A stretch of DNA of 64,000 nt from Callorhinchus milii (taxonomy: Eukaryota), in assembly GCF_018977255.1 (NCBI RefSeq), contig NW_024704743.1:85314001-85378000 (forward strand), read 5' to 3'. The notes under the pieces were generated by a model, which saw only the letters and a program-made list of their open reading frames with translations, made no database searches and was not told the DNA's origin. Both the position numbers and the translations under genes were made by a program. This document shows positions 1 through 11,589 of this stretch, one piece after another. Within the stretch, counting starts at the first letter, position 1. The number at the start of each line of letters is the position of its first letter.

Positions 1-759
1 AGTCACTACACTTCACAGTAAGTCCTGTGAAGCACTTGGAGACATCCTCCTGATATGGAAGGGGCTATGTCAAATCTAAGGATTATTATAGAATTATTAT
101 AATATTAATTATGCCATTTTTAATTTAAAAAGACCATATTTCAGGAACAGTCTTTTAATGATCTGGCTACAGAAGGAACTATTCTCTGATTGATAATCTA
201 ACGACAATCTAGAAGACAATCTCATGCGAAGCTCTACCAGTCATGAATTAGGTGGAAGAATGGAGTTGGATATAATAATAATAATAATCTTGCATTTGAT
301 GTTGCGCCTTCTCATGTTTTCGAAATGTCTCAAAGCACTTCGCAGAATACACTGTAAAGCGAATTGATTGTATATTTATATGTTATCCTTTTTGTTTTCT
401 CCCCTTTTCTTTCTCTTCTCTGCTTGTCTTTATTCAGTCAAGGTGGGCCAAAGGTAATTTAAACGTATCAAGGAGAAAACTCTTTGAAACACCATGGTAC
501 CTCTCATTCATCTCCCATGCTCCATTGAACTTTCTATTAATACTGTGGTAGTTTTGTAGTTTTCTCTGCTCAAATGGTGCTATTATTTCAATAACACTCT
601 TATTCAACTCTTCAGATTTCTATTGTGCTAGCAGTGTGGAAGTGTGCTTTACTTTGCTCTCACAATTAAACAGTGTTGCGTAGTTTGGAAGATCCCAAGA
701 TGAATATTATATTTTACAATGTGTTTTTTTCTCATTACAGATAAAAGCACTTCACTCCT

Positions 760-792
760 ATGCACTGCTTTACGATGAGGCAGATTGAATAG
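760..792 (+). promoter_or_regulatory. Short upstream ORF (MHCFTMRQIE*) in the KCNG2 5' UTR, in frame with the main ATG
   Basis: ATG 760-762 and TAG 790-792 lie within the exon that begins at acceptor 741; the uORF ends 30 nt before the main ATG at 823. Confidence 0.45.
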
Positions 793-822
793 TTCTGTAA
801 GGCAGTCTGTCCATCAATCAGT

Positions 823-1560
823 ATGGCTCTGGTTGCTGGGAGTGGCTCTGAACGGGAATTCAAATCCTTCCCCTGCACTTTAGAAAACGTGGAGACCTGC
901 ACCAAGAAGGGCCTTTATTATAAAAAAGTCAAACTCCTTCACCCAGACGAGGATGTCTACTGCATCACACATCTAGATGACAGAACGCGGTATGTGATTA
1001 TTAATGTGGGAGGGATTAAGTACAAGATCCCTTGGACAACACTTGACGAGTTCCCATTAACGCGGCTGGGAAAACTGAAGTCATGCAACAATTATGATGA
1101 AATCATGGACATTTGCGATGATTATGACGTAAACGGCAACGAATTTTTCTTTGATCGCAATCCGTGTGCCTTCAGAACTATTATGACTTTCCTGACTGTT
1201 GGGAAGCTGAGGCTCCTCAGGGAAATGTGTGCTCTCTCCTTTCGGGAGGAGCTGGTTTATTGGGGCATCGAGGATGAAAACCTGGAGTGGTGTTGTCGTC
1301 GTAGGATGTATCAGAAAGAAGAGGATCTGGCAGACATCAAGAAGGATTATGAAGTGCTACTTTCTGAAGAATCTCAGGGTGCCTTTGATGACACGACCCG
1401 TCTGGGTCATTGTATGAAGAAGCTCAGGGACATGGTGGAGAACCCCCAGTCAGGGATCCCAGGAAAGATTTTTGCCTGCCTCTCTGTCTTATTTGTGACA
1501 ATCACTACAGTAAGTCTCTGCATCAGCACCATGCCTGATCTAAGAGACGAGGAAGAGAGG
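823..1560 (+). CDS. KCNG2: Voltage-gated K+ channel modifier subunit Kv6.2, coding exon 1 (N-terminus, T1/BTB domain, S1)
   Basis: Translation shows Kv T1 motifs (IINVGG, FPLTRLGKL, CDDYD, EFFFDRNP, EELVYWGI) and S1 (GKIFACLSVLFVTITTVSLCISTMP). Phase-0 donor AGG|GTAAGT at 1561; acceptor TTTTTTTCTCATTACAG ends at 740. KCNG2 is preferred over KCNG1/KCNG4 from the N-terminal sequence and the convergent adjacency to PQLC1 (known human 18q23 synteny). Confidence 0.9.
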
Positions 1561-2619
1561 GTAAGTCTTCTTTGGCAGCTCTGGTTCAAGTTCCATTACT
1601 CATTCCAGGAATTATTTTGAATTGATTCTTAGTATCATAAAACCTTATAATTTAAGTGCATAACTAGTCTAGTTACCAGGAAAAAAATTCAATCCTACTT
1701 ATGCTGTAGCTAACCCTAATCAAAAGTACATTTTGATTTGAATGAATCACCTGTTGAGTTTTATAAACTAAGAAACTGCTGTACTTTTTCTTTCTCTGTG
1801 TTTTTGGCCACTTTTCCCTTCCTTCTCCAACTCCCTCCTCAACGACCCAGCCTTGGAGTTCAAGTCAGTCTGTTAAGTACTTTGAAGAAATTATTATAAT
1901 AATGGATAAGATTTAAGACATGTTTTGCATGTAGAAATCCACCCCAAAATGTGCTGTAAATATCAAGTTAAAAATAAGCTTGTGTTTTAGAAATAAAAAT
2001 CCTTATTAAAGAATTCAATTGAGAAGCAGTGTAAATTAGAACCCATTACTTGTGTGCTGTTAGGAAACCGCTACTGTCAGTAGATAATAATAATAATAAT
2101 CCTTGCATTTGATAGAGCGCCTTATCACGTCTTCAAGGCATTTTACAGAATATACTGTAAAGTGAATTGACTATATTCTGTGGGCGAAATGTGGCAGCCA
2201 ATTACATACAGCAGTGTCTTACAAACAGCCGTGGATTGAGTGACCACATTATTATTTTTTTAAGGGATTATTACCCTCTTAAAATGACAATTTTGTTGTG
2301 TGAGAGTATAGCTGGAGTTGGAGAAGAAACATGCTCGGAATCCAGCCTATGCCTGCAGCAAGAAAGGTCACTTTACCTCCTTACACATGATATTTGGAAA
2401 AGGAAAGCTGGCTCCAGAGAAAATCTGCTCCCTGAGCTTGTGCAGTGATTGTCATAGTGAGGTTTTAATGGATTGATTTTCTGGCAGTGGATTGGGCTTC
2501 AAACCATTACCTGTCACAGCATAGCATAATTCTTCTCCCAAGTCTCTGAGGGTCAGTACAATGTATAATAATTAGTGACCCATAATTCTAGTAATAGACG
2601 AGGTTCCAGACAGATGAGG

Positions 2620-3190
2620 AGAACCAAAGAATCATGAAATTTGCAGCACAGAAGAGCAATCCCCTTAGTCCACTTTCTCTATACCCCTGTAGTTTACTTG
2701 TTTTTAGATATCTATCTAGATCCCTTTTGAAAGCTAATATGGAATTCTGCCTCAACCACTTCTCCTGGCCAAGCAGCCCATATCCACATTATTACTTTGC
2801 TCTTGAAAAAAAGTCTCCTAATTTCCCCATTTGTTCATTTGCTAGCCATCTTAAATTGATGCCCTCTGATCCTAGACTCACTGACCAATGGACATAATTT
2901 CTCCCTATTGATTCCCTCAAAATCCTTCAGAATTTGAAGATCTCTGTCAGGTCACAACTCAACCATCTTTGTTCCGACGAGAAAAGATCCAGTTCCTCCA
3001 GTCTCTGCTCAAAGGCCAAACCACGCATCCCTGGTATCATCCTAGCAAATCTCCTCTACACCTCCTCTGTTGCCTTGAAGTCTTTCCTAAGATGAGGTGA
3101 CTGAAAATGGACACAATATTCTAACTGTAGCCTAACTAACAATTCATTTAAATTGAGCATTCCCTCTTTGATTTCATATTTTATACTGCA
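2620..3190 (-). mobile_element. Old degenerate CR1 LINE, 3' portion
   Basis: Decayed similarity to the 3' end of the younger CR1 at 49692-50300 (CATCCCTGGTATCATCCTAGCAAATCT... segment). Confidence 0.65.
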
Positions 3191-3249
3191 TAATCTACTT
3201 TCCATTTAAAATGTGGTCTCACTGGACAAGGTCAGGAACACTGGAGTTG

Positions 3250-4260
3250 GGGTACAAGTCAACTATGTGCACAGAGAGCTAGCTGAGCAAGAAACAGAGG
3301 AGGAGAGGGTCATCAGTCAAAAAGGATCCCACTGGAGGGTTGTCTCACTGAGTCACCACAGAGCTCTATGGTGGAGCCCCTACTGTTTATAATATTCATC
3401 ATTATACAGCATCGTACTAACTATAAACAGCACTACAGCACTGTTTGTTGATGACTCTAAAATTTGTACCATTTTATGTAAATAGGTGGACATATCTCAA
3501 ACTGCTGTGAACAGAATATTCAGTTAGGCAAAAAGTAGCAAGATGCCTTTTAATGTGGGGGAATGCAATGCACCAAAATCCTTAGTTTAACGATCTTATT
3601 CGATGGGTACCTCTGAAGAAAAAGAGTTCCTCCCAGAGGAAACACTAGAGTGATTGTCAATTGCTCCCTTAAAGGCCCCAAAACAGAGCAAAGCAGCCAT
3701 TGTCAGAGCAAACTGAGTACTGGGATGTGCAGCACGAACAATAGACCATTACAGTAACTCTAAAGAGTCCTATTCTGGCATTGTACCGTGTTCTGGCAGG
3801 AAATGTGCTCAATGCCAATTCTGAGCACTGCACTTTATAAAGGATGTGGAGTCACTGGGGAAGTGCAGTGGAGGAACACCAGGCTATTTCTGTCCACTAG
3901 AGGGCGGCCTACCTTAATAATATAATAATCCTTGCATTTGATAAAGCGCGTTATCACATCTTCTCAGCGTCTCAAAGTACTTCACAGAATATACAGTAAA
4001 GTGAATTGACTGTATATTTTGTGGGTGAAACGCGGCAGCCAATTGTGCACAGCAGTGTCCCACAAACAGTTGTAGATTAAGTGACCAAATTATTTTTTTA
4101 ATTTAAATTTTTTAAATACCTTAAATCTTCAAAGCAGAGGGCCTGCTCATGACAGAGCAGAGGAGACTTGAGTGCTCCTTTTGAGGTTTTCAAGATTCTC
4201 CAAGAAATCAGCATAATGGCAGAGGAGAAGGCCTCCACTATCAATACATTTTCTACAACT
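3250..4260 (+). mobile_element. Old degenerate CR1-type LINE RT fragment, interrupted by a SINE tail at about 3916-4100
   Basis: Remnants of the PQGSxLGPxLF and LF(A)DD.K motifs (GTCACCACAGAGCTCTATGGTGGAGCCCCTACTGTTT; CTGTTTGTTGATGACTCTAAA). Confidence 0.55.
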
Positions 4261-5334
4261 GCTGTCTATTTTTTTTAGGACCAATTTTTTTTCCACTTTT
4301 CTCCCAACTTGGGATTCACATGCTCTGGCAACTCAAAACATTTCCTCATATAGAACGTGGTGCGAATCTGTGACACGGTTACAATACAATATGGTCTGTG
4401 TACATCACAGCTACCCATTAAAGAGAGAAGTAGATAGATTTCCTAAGGAAGTACTGATCAGCAGCTACCGACAGGGAAGCATGACTATACCATGCTGACA
4501 TGAATTTTAACAATGTAACAGAGTATAAAAATAGGTTTAGAAAGATTATTGTGTAGATGGTGGCTCAACTCTCATCTGGAGCTCGCTTTACTGTCTTCAG
4601 TAGTTGGAGTAATTTTCCAGTGGTGAGGCGGGGGGGTCCTTTTAATTAGCTGTGTTTTTTTGTTTTGTATTTTTGCCTCCCTTGGAGGGATTGAATGACT
4701 GGACAGGTACACAAAGGTCCCAAAGCCTTGACTCTTGCCAACCTGCGCCTAATACTCTCCAGAATTAGGTAACCATGCGTATGGATCTTACAGTTTGGTT
4801 TGGATCCTCTTAAGCATCGTGATGTGTCAGACACCCAGCTGACCCCAAAAAAGTGATCTGGATTAGGAGAGAAATTAGAATATTGGGTGGGCGGTAGAAG
4901 GGAGGATTCTTCCAAGGGTGGACTTGATGGTTACTGGACCCTATTCTACTGTTTCTTTTCAACGTTGCCAATTCTAGTTTTCTAACTACATATAATTCCC
5001 GATGGGACTCTTCACTCTCACATGTAATGTGCAGTAGACGTTTATTAACCGGTATTATACGGTGGAAATTATCTTACTAATCAGATCATATCTAGTTAGC
5101 AAAATCAATCAGTCCCGATTCATATAAAAATTGGGATCTTGATCGAACTTTTCCCATCAATGAAATGGTCTTTCCTGTTTTTTCATGATAATTTGCTATG
5201 AGACTTTTTTCTTATGTGACTAAAACATTGGAAATATATAATGCAGGCAAACAGTGAAATAATTCAGACCTTTAACTGCTTAGTAATGAAATATATTTAC
5301 ACACGAGTTATGACTGCTGTACATTTTTACAACC

Positions 5335-5575
5335 ACCACAACAATAACTTGCATTAAATAGGGCTGTTCTTGCAGGGTAGCATCTTGGAGTGTTTAACAG
5401 TGTCTGAACTTGACCCCAAGCTAGGAAAATAGAGGAGGTAACCATAGGCACAATCAAAGAGGAAGGTCTTCAGATGCAATCTAAAGATTGGTGGAGGGAT
5501 GGCTTCTGATGATGGAATGGAGGGGACAAGGGATGTGCAGGAGGCTGGAGCCAGCTGAGTAAAGGTGGTGGGTAT
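5335..5575 (-). mobile_element. Old L2 LINE 3' fragment
   Basis: Reverse-strand decayed match to the L2 3' end, with a CAACAATAACTTGCATT tail. Confidence 0.5.
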
Positions 5576-5594
5576 GAAGTGGATCTAATTCAAG

Positions 5595-6030
5595 ATCGAA
5601 TTCAAGATCCTCATCCTCACCTACAAGCCATTCACGGCCTTGCTCCCTCCTACCTCTCCGACCTACTATCCCCCTACCTACCTGCCCGTACACTCCGTTC
5701 CTCTGGCTCCGGTCTGCTCCACATCCCCCGCCCCAACGGCCCTACCATCGGTGGCCGGGCCATCAGCCTCTCAGCCCCTAGGCTCTGGAACTCCATCCCC
5801 CAGTGCCTTCGCCGCTTCCTCCCTTTCCTCCTTCAAGGCCGGTCTCAAGACCTTTCTCTTCGACCGTGCCTTCAGCTCCCCTCTCGACTCTCTACCCCCT
5901 CCTCGCTCCCTCCCTTCCCTCCCCTCACCCTGACCATTTCCTCACTGCTCGGGTCCTGACCCAACTGTCCAGTGCCTTGGGATGTCCTCCTGACGTGAAA
6001 GGCGCTCTATAAATGAAATCTTGTTGTTGT
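5595..6030 (+). mobile_element. Young L2-clade LINE, 5'-truncated 3' end
   Basis: C-terminal ORF2-like peptide (HGLAPSYLSDLLSPYLPARTLRSS...GGRAISLSAPRLWNSIP), 3' stem-loop GATGTCCTCCTGACGT and (TTG)n tail. Nearly identical to 59808-60170. Confidence 0.85.
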
Positions 6031-6214
6031 AAGCAACAACAAGAAATTGTATTTGTATACTGCCTTTCATGTCTTGAGGATGTCCTAAATGTCTTTCACG
6101 TCTTGAAGATGTCCCAAGCAAGTCGGAGAGGTATTTTATTTCATAGACTCTCTAATATACCAGTTTTAAAACAACTAAAACCTGTTAATCCAATTCAAAT
6201 AAATCCCAGGGTAT

Positions 6215-8410
6215 ATCTGTTTTTACTCCCTCCCCCCTCTTTTGCTCACTTTATTCTAAATTTTTAGGTTTATTTCCTTCCATTTCTAATTAAATAATGT
6301 TCTGCAAAGTATTGGCTTCACACAGATTTTGTGAACATTATCATATATATTGGCATTCAATTGGTGGGTTGATTTTTCCAATAACTGAATGTCCCACATT
6401 CCCAGTAAAGCTAATCCACTTTCTGTCCTTGTCCTCCCTGAGCAAAGGGGATTATATCTGCACCGTGAAGACTGAATAAGTATTCTCTGGTGATCACCCA
6501 CATGTACTAGTTTTAAATGCTGTTTTGTTGCCTCTAACGGTTTCTCCTCCAGCCCCCGCACAGTCACGTCTGGCATCCCCCAGGGCTCTGTCCTTGGCCC
6601 TCTCCTCTTTAATATCTATATGCTCCCTCTTGGTGACATCATCTGCAGACATGGGGTCAACTTCCACATGACACCCAACTCTATCTTTCTGCCTCCACCC
6701 TCAACTCCAGGACCACTGCTGTCCTGACAGACTGACTGTCGGACATCAAGTCCTGGATGAGGGCAAACTTCCTGCAGCTGAATGTGAACAAGACTGAGGC
6801 CCTCCTGATTGGCTCGCGCCAGCGCCTCAGCACCTCAGGCTCTGGCAGCATCAACCTCCATGGTTGCACACTTCAACTCACCGCCAGTCAGGAACCTGGT
6901 GTCTTGTTCGACCCTCAACTGTCTTTTCTTCTCCACATCCAAGCCATGACCCGCTCTGCCTTCCCTCACTTCCGTAACATCGCCCGACTCCGCCACTACC
7001 TCACCCTCAGGCCACTGAAACTCTTGTTCATGCCTTCACCATCTCCAGGCTCGACTATGCAAACGCCCTGCTTGTCGGCCTTCCCAACTCCTCCCTCCAC
7101 AGGCTGCAGATAATCCAGAACTCTGCAGCCCGTGTCCTCTCCCGCACCAAACTCTGTGACCCCATCGCCCCCATTCTCGCCCGACTCCATTGGCTTCCTA
7201 TCCTTCAGAGGATCCAGTTCAAAATCCTGGTCCTCACATACAAAGCCCTCCATGGTCTCACCCCACCCCATCTCTGTGATCTCCTAACCCCCTACCAACC
7301 CATCCATTCCTTCCTCTCAGCCTGCTCCACGTCCCTCGACCGACCCGCCCCACCATTGGCGGGAGAGCCTTCAGCCACTCTGCCCCCAACCTCTGGAACG
7401 CCATCCCCCAATCACTCTGCCTCGACCCCTCCTTAGCCTCCTTCCAAGTCCCACCTCAAAACCCTCCTCTTCGACCATGCCATTGGTCACCCCCCCTTCC
7501 CTTCTCCTTCCTTCGCCCCCCTGACCCCAGCTCGGGTCTGAAACGCTGTACACTGTCCAGTGCCTTGGGACATCCTCCCGACGTAAAGGCGCTATACAAA
7601 TGTAATCTTGTTGTTGTTGTTGTTGTTTTGGACTCGGTTTCAACCTATGGCAATACTGAGTGTAACATAGTTGTAAACATGTTATTCAGCTCTGCATGAG
7701 GATATCATCTCTCACACCCCTTCCAATCTTCATGTTATGTAATCCAGGACCTAGTACCGGATCACACATAGCAGGAAAATGCTTACAATGCATTTTCTGT
7801 TTTGTCAGTGAGACCCCTTTTGAATCTGATTAAGTAAATGTTGCTAAGAAATAATTCTTGTATTTGATATAGCAGCTTATATCGTCAAAGTGTCTCAAAC
7901 CACTGCACAGGACCTTTACTGTGAAGTGGAGTGACTGTATTTGTAAGTTGACAATATTGCATTGGGAATAGCTGGATGGGTAAATACACCATGTTGAGTG
8001 ACCCCTTACTAAATCCCTACAAAGTGCTCAGTTAGCTAAAAGGATAGTGGAGATATGACAATTATTGTTTATTGCATTGGATACGGATAGAAAAAAAAAT
8101 GATCTCCTTCTAATTATTGTCCGTTGGCACCTCCTGCGAAATGCACACGTATGAGATGTTTAGTGGGGACAGAGTTGGACTTAGAACCTCAGAAAGTTTA
8201 AAGCACAAAAGGGGACCATTCATTCATTTGGTATGTGCTGGTGCTATCTCCCATGCTGGAACTATCCAATCTAATTTTTTTGCTCCTTCTCGGTACCTTT
8301 TGTTTATATTTCTCTTCAGTATTAATTTAAAATGCTATTGTGGACTCGGTTCCAACAGCCAATTGTAATAAAGCATTCCACGTTCACAATAGCTAATTAT
8401 TTCCTCTTTC
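6215..8410. repeat. Left arm of a long inverted duplication, in the KCNG2 intron, interrupted by an L2 fragment (6528-7623) and a SINE tail (about 7851-7955)
   Basis: Collinear reverse-complement match to 11590-13110: 6436-6478 vs 12843-12885 is 41/43, 6481-6502 vs 12802-12823 is 22/22, and similarity continues through 7645-7850, 7960-8060 and 8085-8410. Confidence 0.85.
6528..7623 (+). mobile_element. L2-clade LINE, 5'-truncated, with RT C-terminal half (frameshifted, YADD region deleted)
   Basis: Encodes [25 protein letters not shown] and NFLQLNVNKTE; ends in a stem-loop and (TTG)n. Possible target-site duplication TGTTTTG at 6521-6527 and 7624-7630. Confidence 0.88.
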
Positions 8411-9517
8411 TAGTCTAGGGAAGGAACAAAGAAAAACAAAAGACATCTTTGACGGTGGAAGTGAGATAGTCAAGGAATGTGAGAGAACTTCAATGGACTG
8501 AATGAATGAATGAATGAATGAATGAAAAAAATTGGAGGGAATCATCAGTCAAAAAAATCTTTTCATAGAGTGTTTAAAACCTGATGCATTTCTCTAATTT
8601 GTAGATGGCTAAAAAATGGAACATAGTGAGTCTTGGGGACTGTGTGATGGTACAAAAAGCAATTAGGCACACGTTTGCACCTACAATTTCCTGATTAAAC
8701 AATTTCTCGTTTCTGTAATCCTTTTTAGAAAGCTGCATAGTAGAGGACAGGTGCTTCCACACAGGGAGTATCAGTTCCTGTCTACCTCGGACTGTAGATC
8801 TGCCTTTACTTGCTGTAACACGTTCCATTAGCAGAAGCCTTCCCAGTTATATTGGTAGCTTACTGTATACATAATAATTCCTTCAAAAAAAATTTGTCAC
8901 TTCAATCCACGACTGTATGTAGAACACTGCTGTGCGTAATTGGCTGTCGCGTTTTGCCCACAAAATATATGGTCAATTCACTTTACAGTATAATCCGTGA
9001 AGGGCTTTGAGTCGTCTCGAAGACGTGATAATGTGCCTATATCAAATGCAAGGATTATTATTATTACATGAATTATAGCCGGTTCAAAAGTTTTGTTTGT
9101 TCCAATTGAATTTACTGGGTTTTGTGCTGTGTCTAACATTGAGTTTAAGGAATATGAAGCATCATGTGTGAAGTGCATTGGAATAGTGCTCACTGCAGGC
9201 TGTAGCCCAACTCTCCTGTAGTCAATTGTATGTCCCAATCTACTATCAATGTGAAATCAGGAATGGTGTGACCTACATAACAATCTAACCAAGAGACTTA
9301 TTATTAATAAATGTTTTCTCTTACATACTAACTTCTCCCTTCACATTGTTGCAAATGCAGTTTTGTTTTTAACTATTCGTTGAAACTATTTGACTCTTGC
9401 AATAAGCACTCAACAAAAGCAATTGGACAATGAAACAAAATTCTGAATGAAAAATCATACACCTCTAATGCTTGCTTGTAAGAATAACTTATCTTGAAAT
9501 GTTTTCTTTTTCTCTAG

Positions 9518-10306
9518 GGTGAATGTTCCCAAAAGTGTTACAACATATTTATACTAGAAACCATCTGTGTTGCCTGGTTTTCACTGGAATTCATGCTGCG
9601 ATTTATCCAGACACCGAGCAAATGTGCATTTCTGAGAAATCCCCTCAACATCATTGATATCATGGCCATTTTGCCTTACTACATCAGCCTGATTGTAGAT
9701 GCTGTCTCAGCCGATGAGAAGCCGAGTGGCTCTGGGAATATGGACTTGGAGAAAGTGGGCCTCGTCCTCCGTGTCCTGCGTGCTTTACGGATTTTGTATG
9801 TCATGAGGTTGGTTCGTCACTCGCTGGGGCTTCAGACTCTGGGGCTCACTGTCCGCCGGTGCACACGGGAGTTTGGCCTCCTTCTGCTTTTTCTCTGCGT
9901 GGCCATGGCACTCTTCTCACCTGTGGTCTTTTTAGCTGAAAGTGAAGTGGGAGCGAAACATGAATTCACCAGCATCCCAGGATCCTACTGGTGGGCAGTG
10001 ATCTCCATGACCACAGTGGGATACGGGGACATGGTCCCACGTAGCATCCCTGGCCAGGTGGTGGCTTTGAGCAGCATCCTAAGCGGCATTCTCCTGATGG
10101 CCTTCCCAGTTACCTCTATCTTTCACACCTTCTCCCGCTCTTACATGGAGCTGAAAGATCAGCAAGAGCGCATTGCAAGGCACAAAGCCCAGCTCAAAGG
10201 AAGCCAGGCTTTGTCAAAAAGTGACAGCTCTCAGGAATCTGACAGCTCATTTCCAACAGAGATTGCAAATTCCCCACTGCATAATCGCAGGAGAGCAATG
10301 ACATAA
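9518..10306 (+). CDS. KCNG2: Kv6.2 coding exon 2 (S2-S6, pore, C-terminus); spliced product 508 aa
   Basis: Acceptor TTTTCTTTTTCTCTAG ends at 9517. Reads GECSQKCYNIFILETICVAWFSLEFMLRF in frame with the ORF track 9593..10306. Contains S4 LRVLRALRILYVMRL, filter TTVGYGD and S6 AFPVTSIFHTF (PVT hinge typical of Kv6 silent subunits). Stop TAA at 10304-10306. Confidence 0.92.
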   Translation, partial: GECSQKCYNIFILETICVAWFSLEFMLRFIQTPSKCAFLRNPLNIIDIMAILPYYISLIVDAVSADEKPSGSGNMDLEKVGLVLRVLRALRILYVMRLVRHSLGLQTLGLTVRRCTREFGLLLLFLCVAMALFSPVVFLAESEVGAKHEFTSIPGSYWWAVISMTTVGYGDMVPRSIPGQVVALSSILSGILLMAFPVTSIFHTFSRSYMELKDQQERIARHKAQLKGSQALSKSDSSQESDSSFPTEIANSPLHNRRRAMT

Positions 10307-10869
10307 AGAGGTGGTGGACTGGAGATCATTGCTTATGCACCTTCACTTCTACACCCATTCAGACAGAAGAGTGAGCGGGAGCTCTAAAGAAAGCTGCTAG
10401 TAGAGGGAGTTGCTTTTCGTATTGTATCTCAGCATTTGGGATTCATACAGTGGTCCAATGCTGAATTAAAAAATGCAGAGATTCGATGGAACATTTAACA
10501 CCTGTGGTCTAATATTGCTGGTTGCTTAAGCGTAACCCTGTTGTGGAATGTATGTTGCATATCAGCTGCTGTGAGATTCAAGTAGGAAATCGAATGATAT
10601 TGAAGTGCTTTGCAGCTGAAGCGTTCAGATGAGAACAACAGCTGAGTGTTCTAATTTTCTCCGACCACAATCCCACCATGTGGAGATTTGACTGAAAGAA
10701 TGAGCATAAACTTTTTCCCTTCCAGCAATTCCAGTAATTTTCCTAATTTGAGGAGCAAGATGGAAATTGAGAACCTTGACAAAATCTTCTTCTGAAATCC
10801 TCCATAGAGCTTTGTGTCTTCTTGTGATGCCTCAGACAATCAGGAGCAACTGTGTGAGAAGAAACCTTA

Positions 10870-10918
10870 AATAAACACTGGCGACTGAGTGGCACACTGA
10901 AACCTGGGTGTGAATAAA
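10870..10918 (+). promoter_or_regulatory. Candidate KCNG2 polyadenylation signals
   Basis: AATAAA at 10870-10875 and 10913-10918, about 570-610 nt after the stop codon; usage unverified. Confidence 0.35.
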
Positions 10919-11589
10919 TGTTAGTCACTTTGCTCTTCTGGCCATACAGTCTCATTTGAAAATGAGCTTCAGTCAGCTCCAATCCAATCCTGAGTGACTG
11001 CGGTTCCACAGCACTGAACTGCGATCAATTTGGAACAAAATGCTAATCTAACTCAGAAATATTTGCTTGCACTTAAGCCAAATTGATAGAATTATCAAAA
11101 TGAATATTTAATTCCTGAAAGTCTTACTCTTCGTTGGAAATAATGATTGAATTAAGAAGAAGTTTCAATCTTCCGTGTGTGGACAGCTTGCGAGCTGTGA
11201 GCGTTGACAAAATGCCATAAGTAGCCCCTGGTAATAATTAATTTGTGAACATTTCATACTGTACAAATGCCAAACAATTAAAACAAAATGAAATAGGATG
11301 GCCATGGAAACAAAAAGAGGTTTTGAGCACTGTTTACCAGGGCAGGTGGATGGTGGATGGCACTGCAGTTGTTTCAGAAGGGGGTTATATTCTTTATGCT
11401 TTATGCTTTGCATTCTGTGAACTTACGTTCCCTGTGTATATTGTATTTATAGAATAGGTATTAGGAAGGAAAGTGGCTCATTTGGTAAAGCCCCTGTCCA
11501 GTACAAAACACAATTATGGGTTCAAGGTGATCTGTGCTGAATTAGCAGATATTGCCAGGTACAACAAGAAGATTACCACAATCCTTGTC

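Noticed and set aside
1561..1620. ORF 823..1620 as a complete 265-aa protein
   Set aside because: The last 19 codons are read-through past a consensus GTAAGT donor; the frame continues correctly in the exon at 9518.
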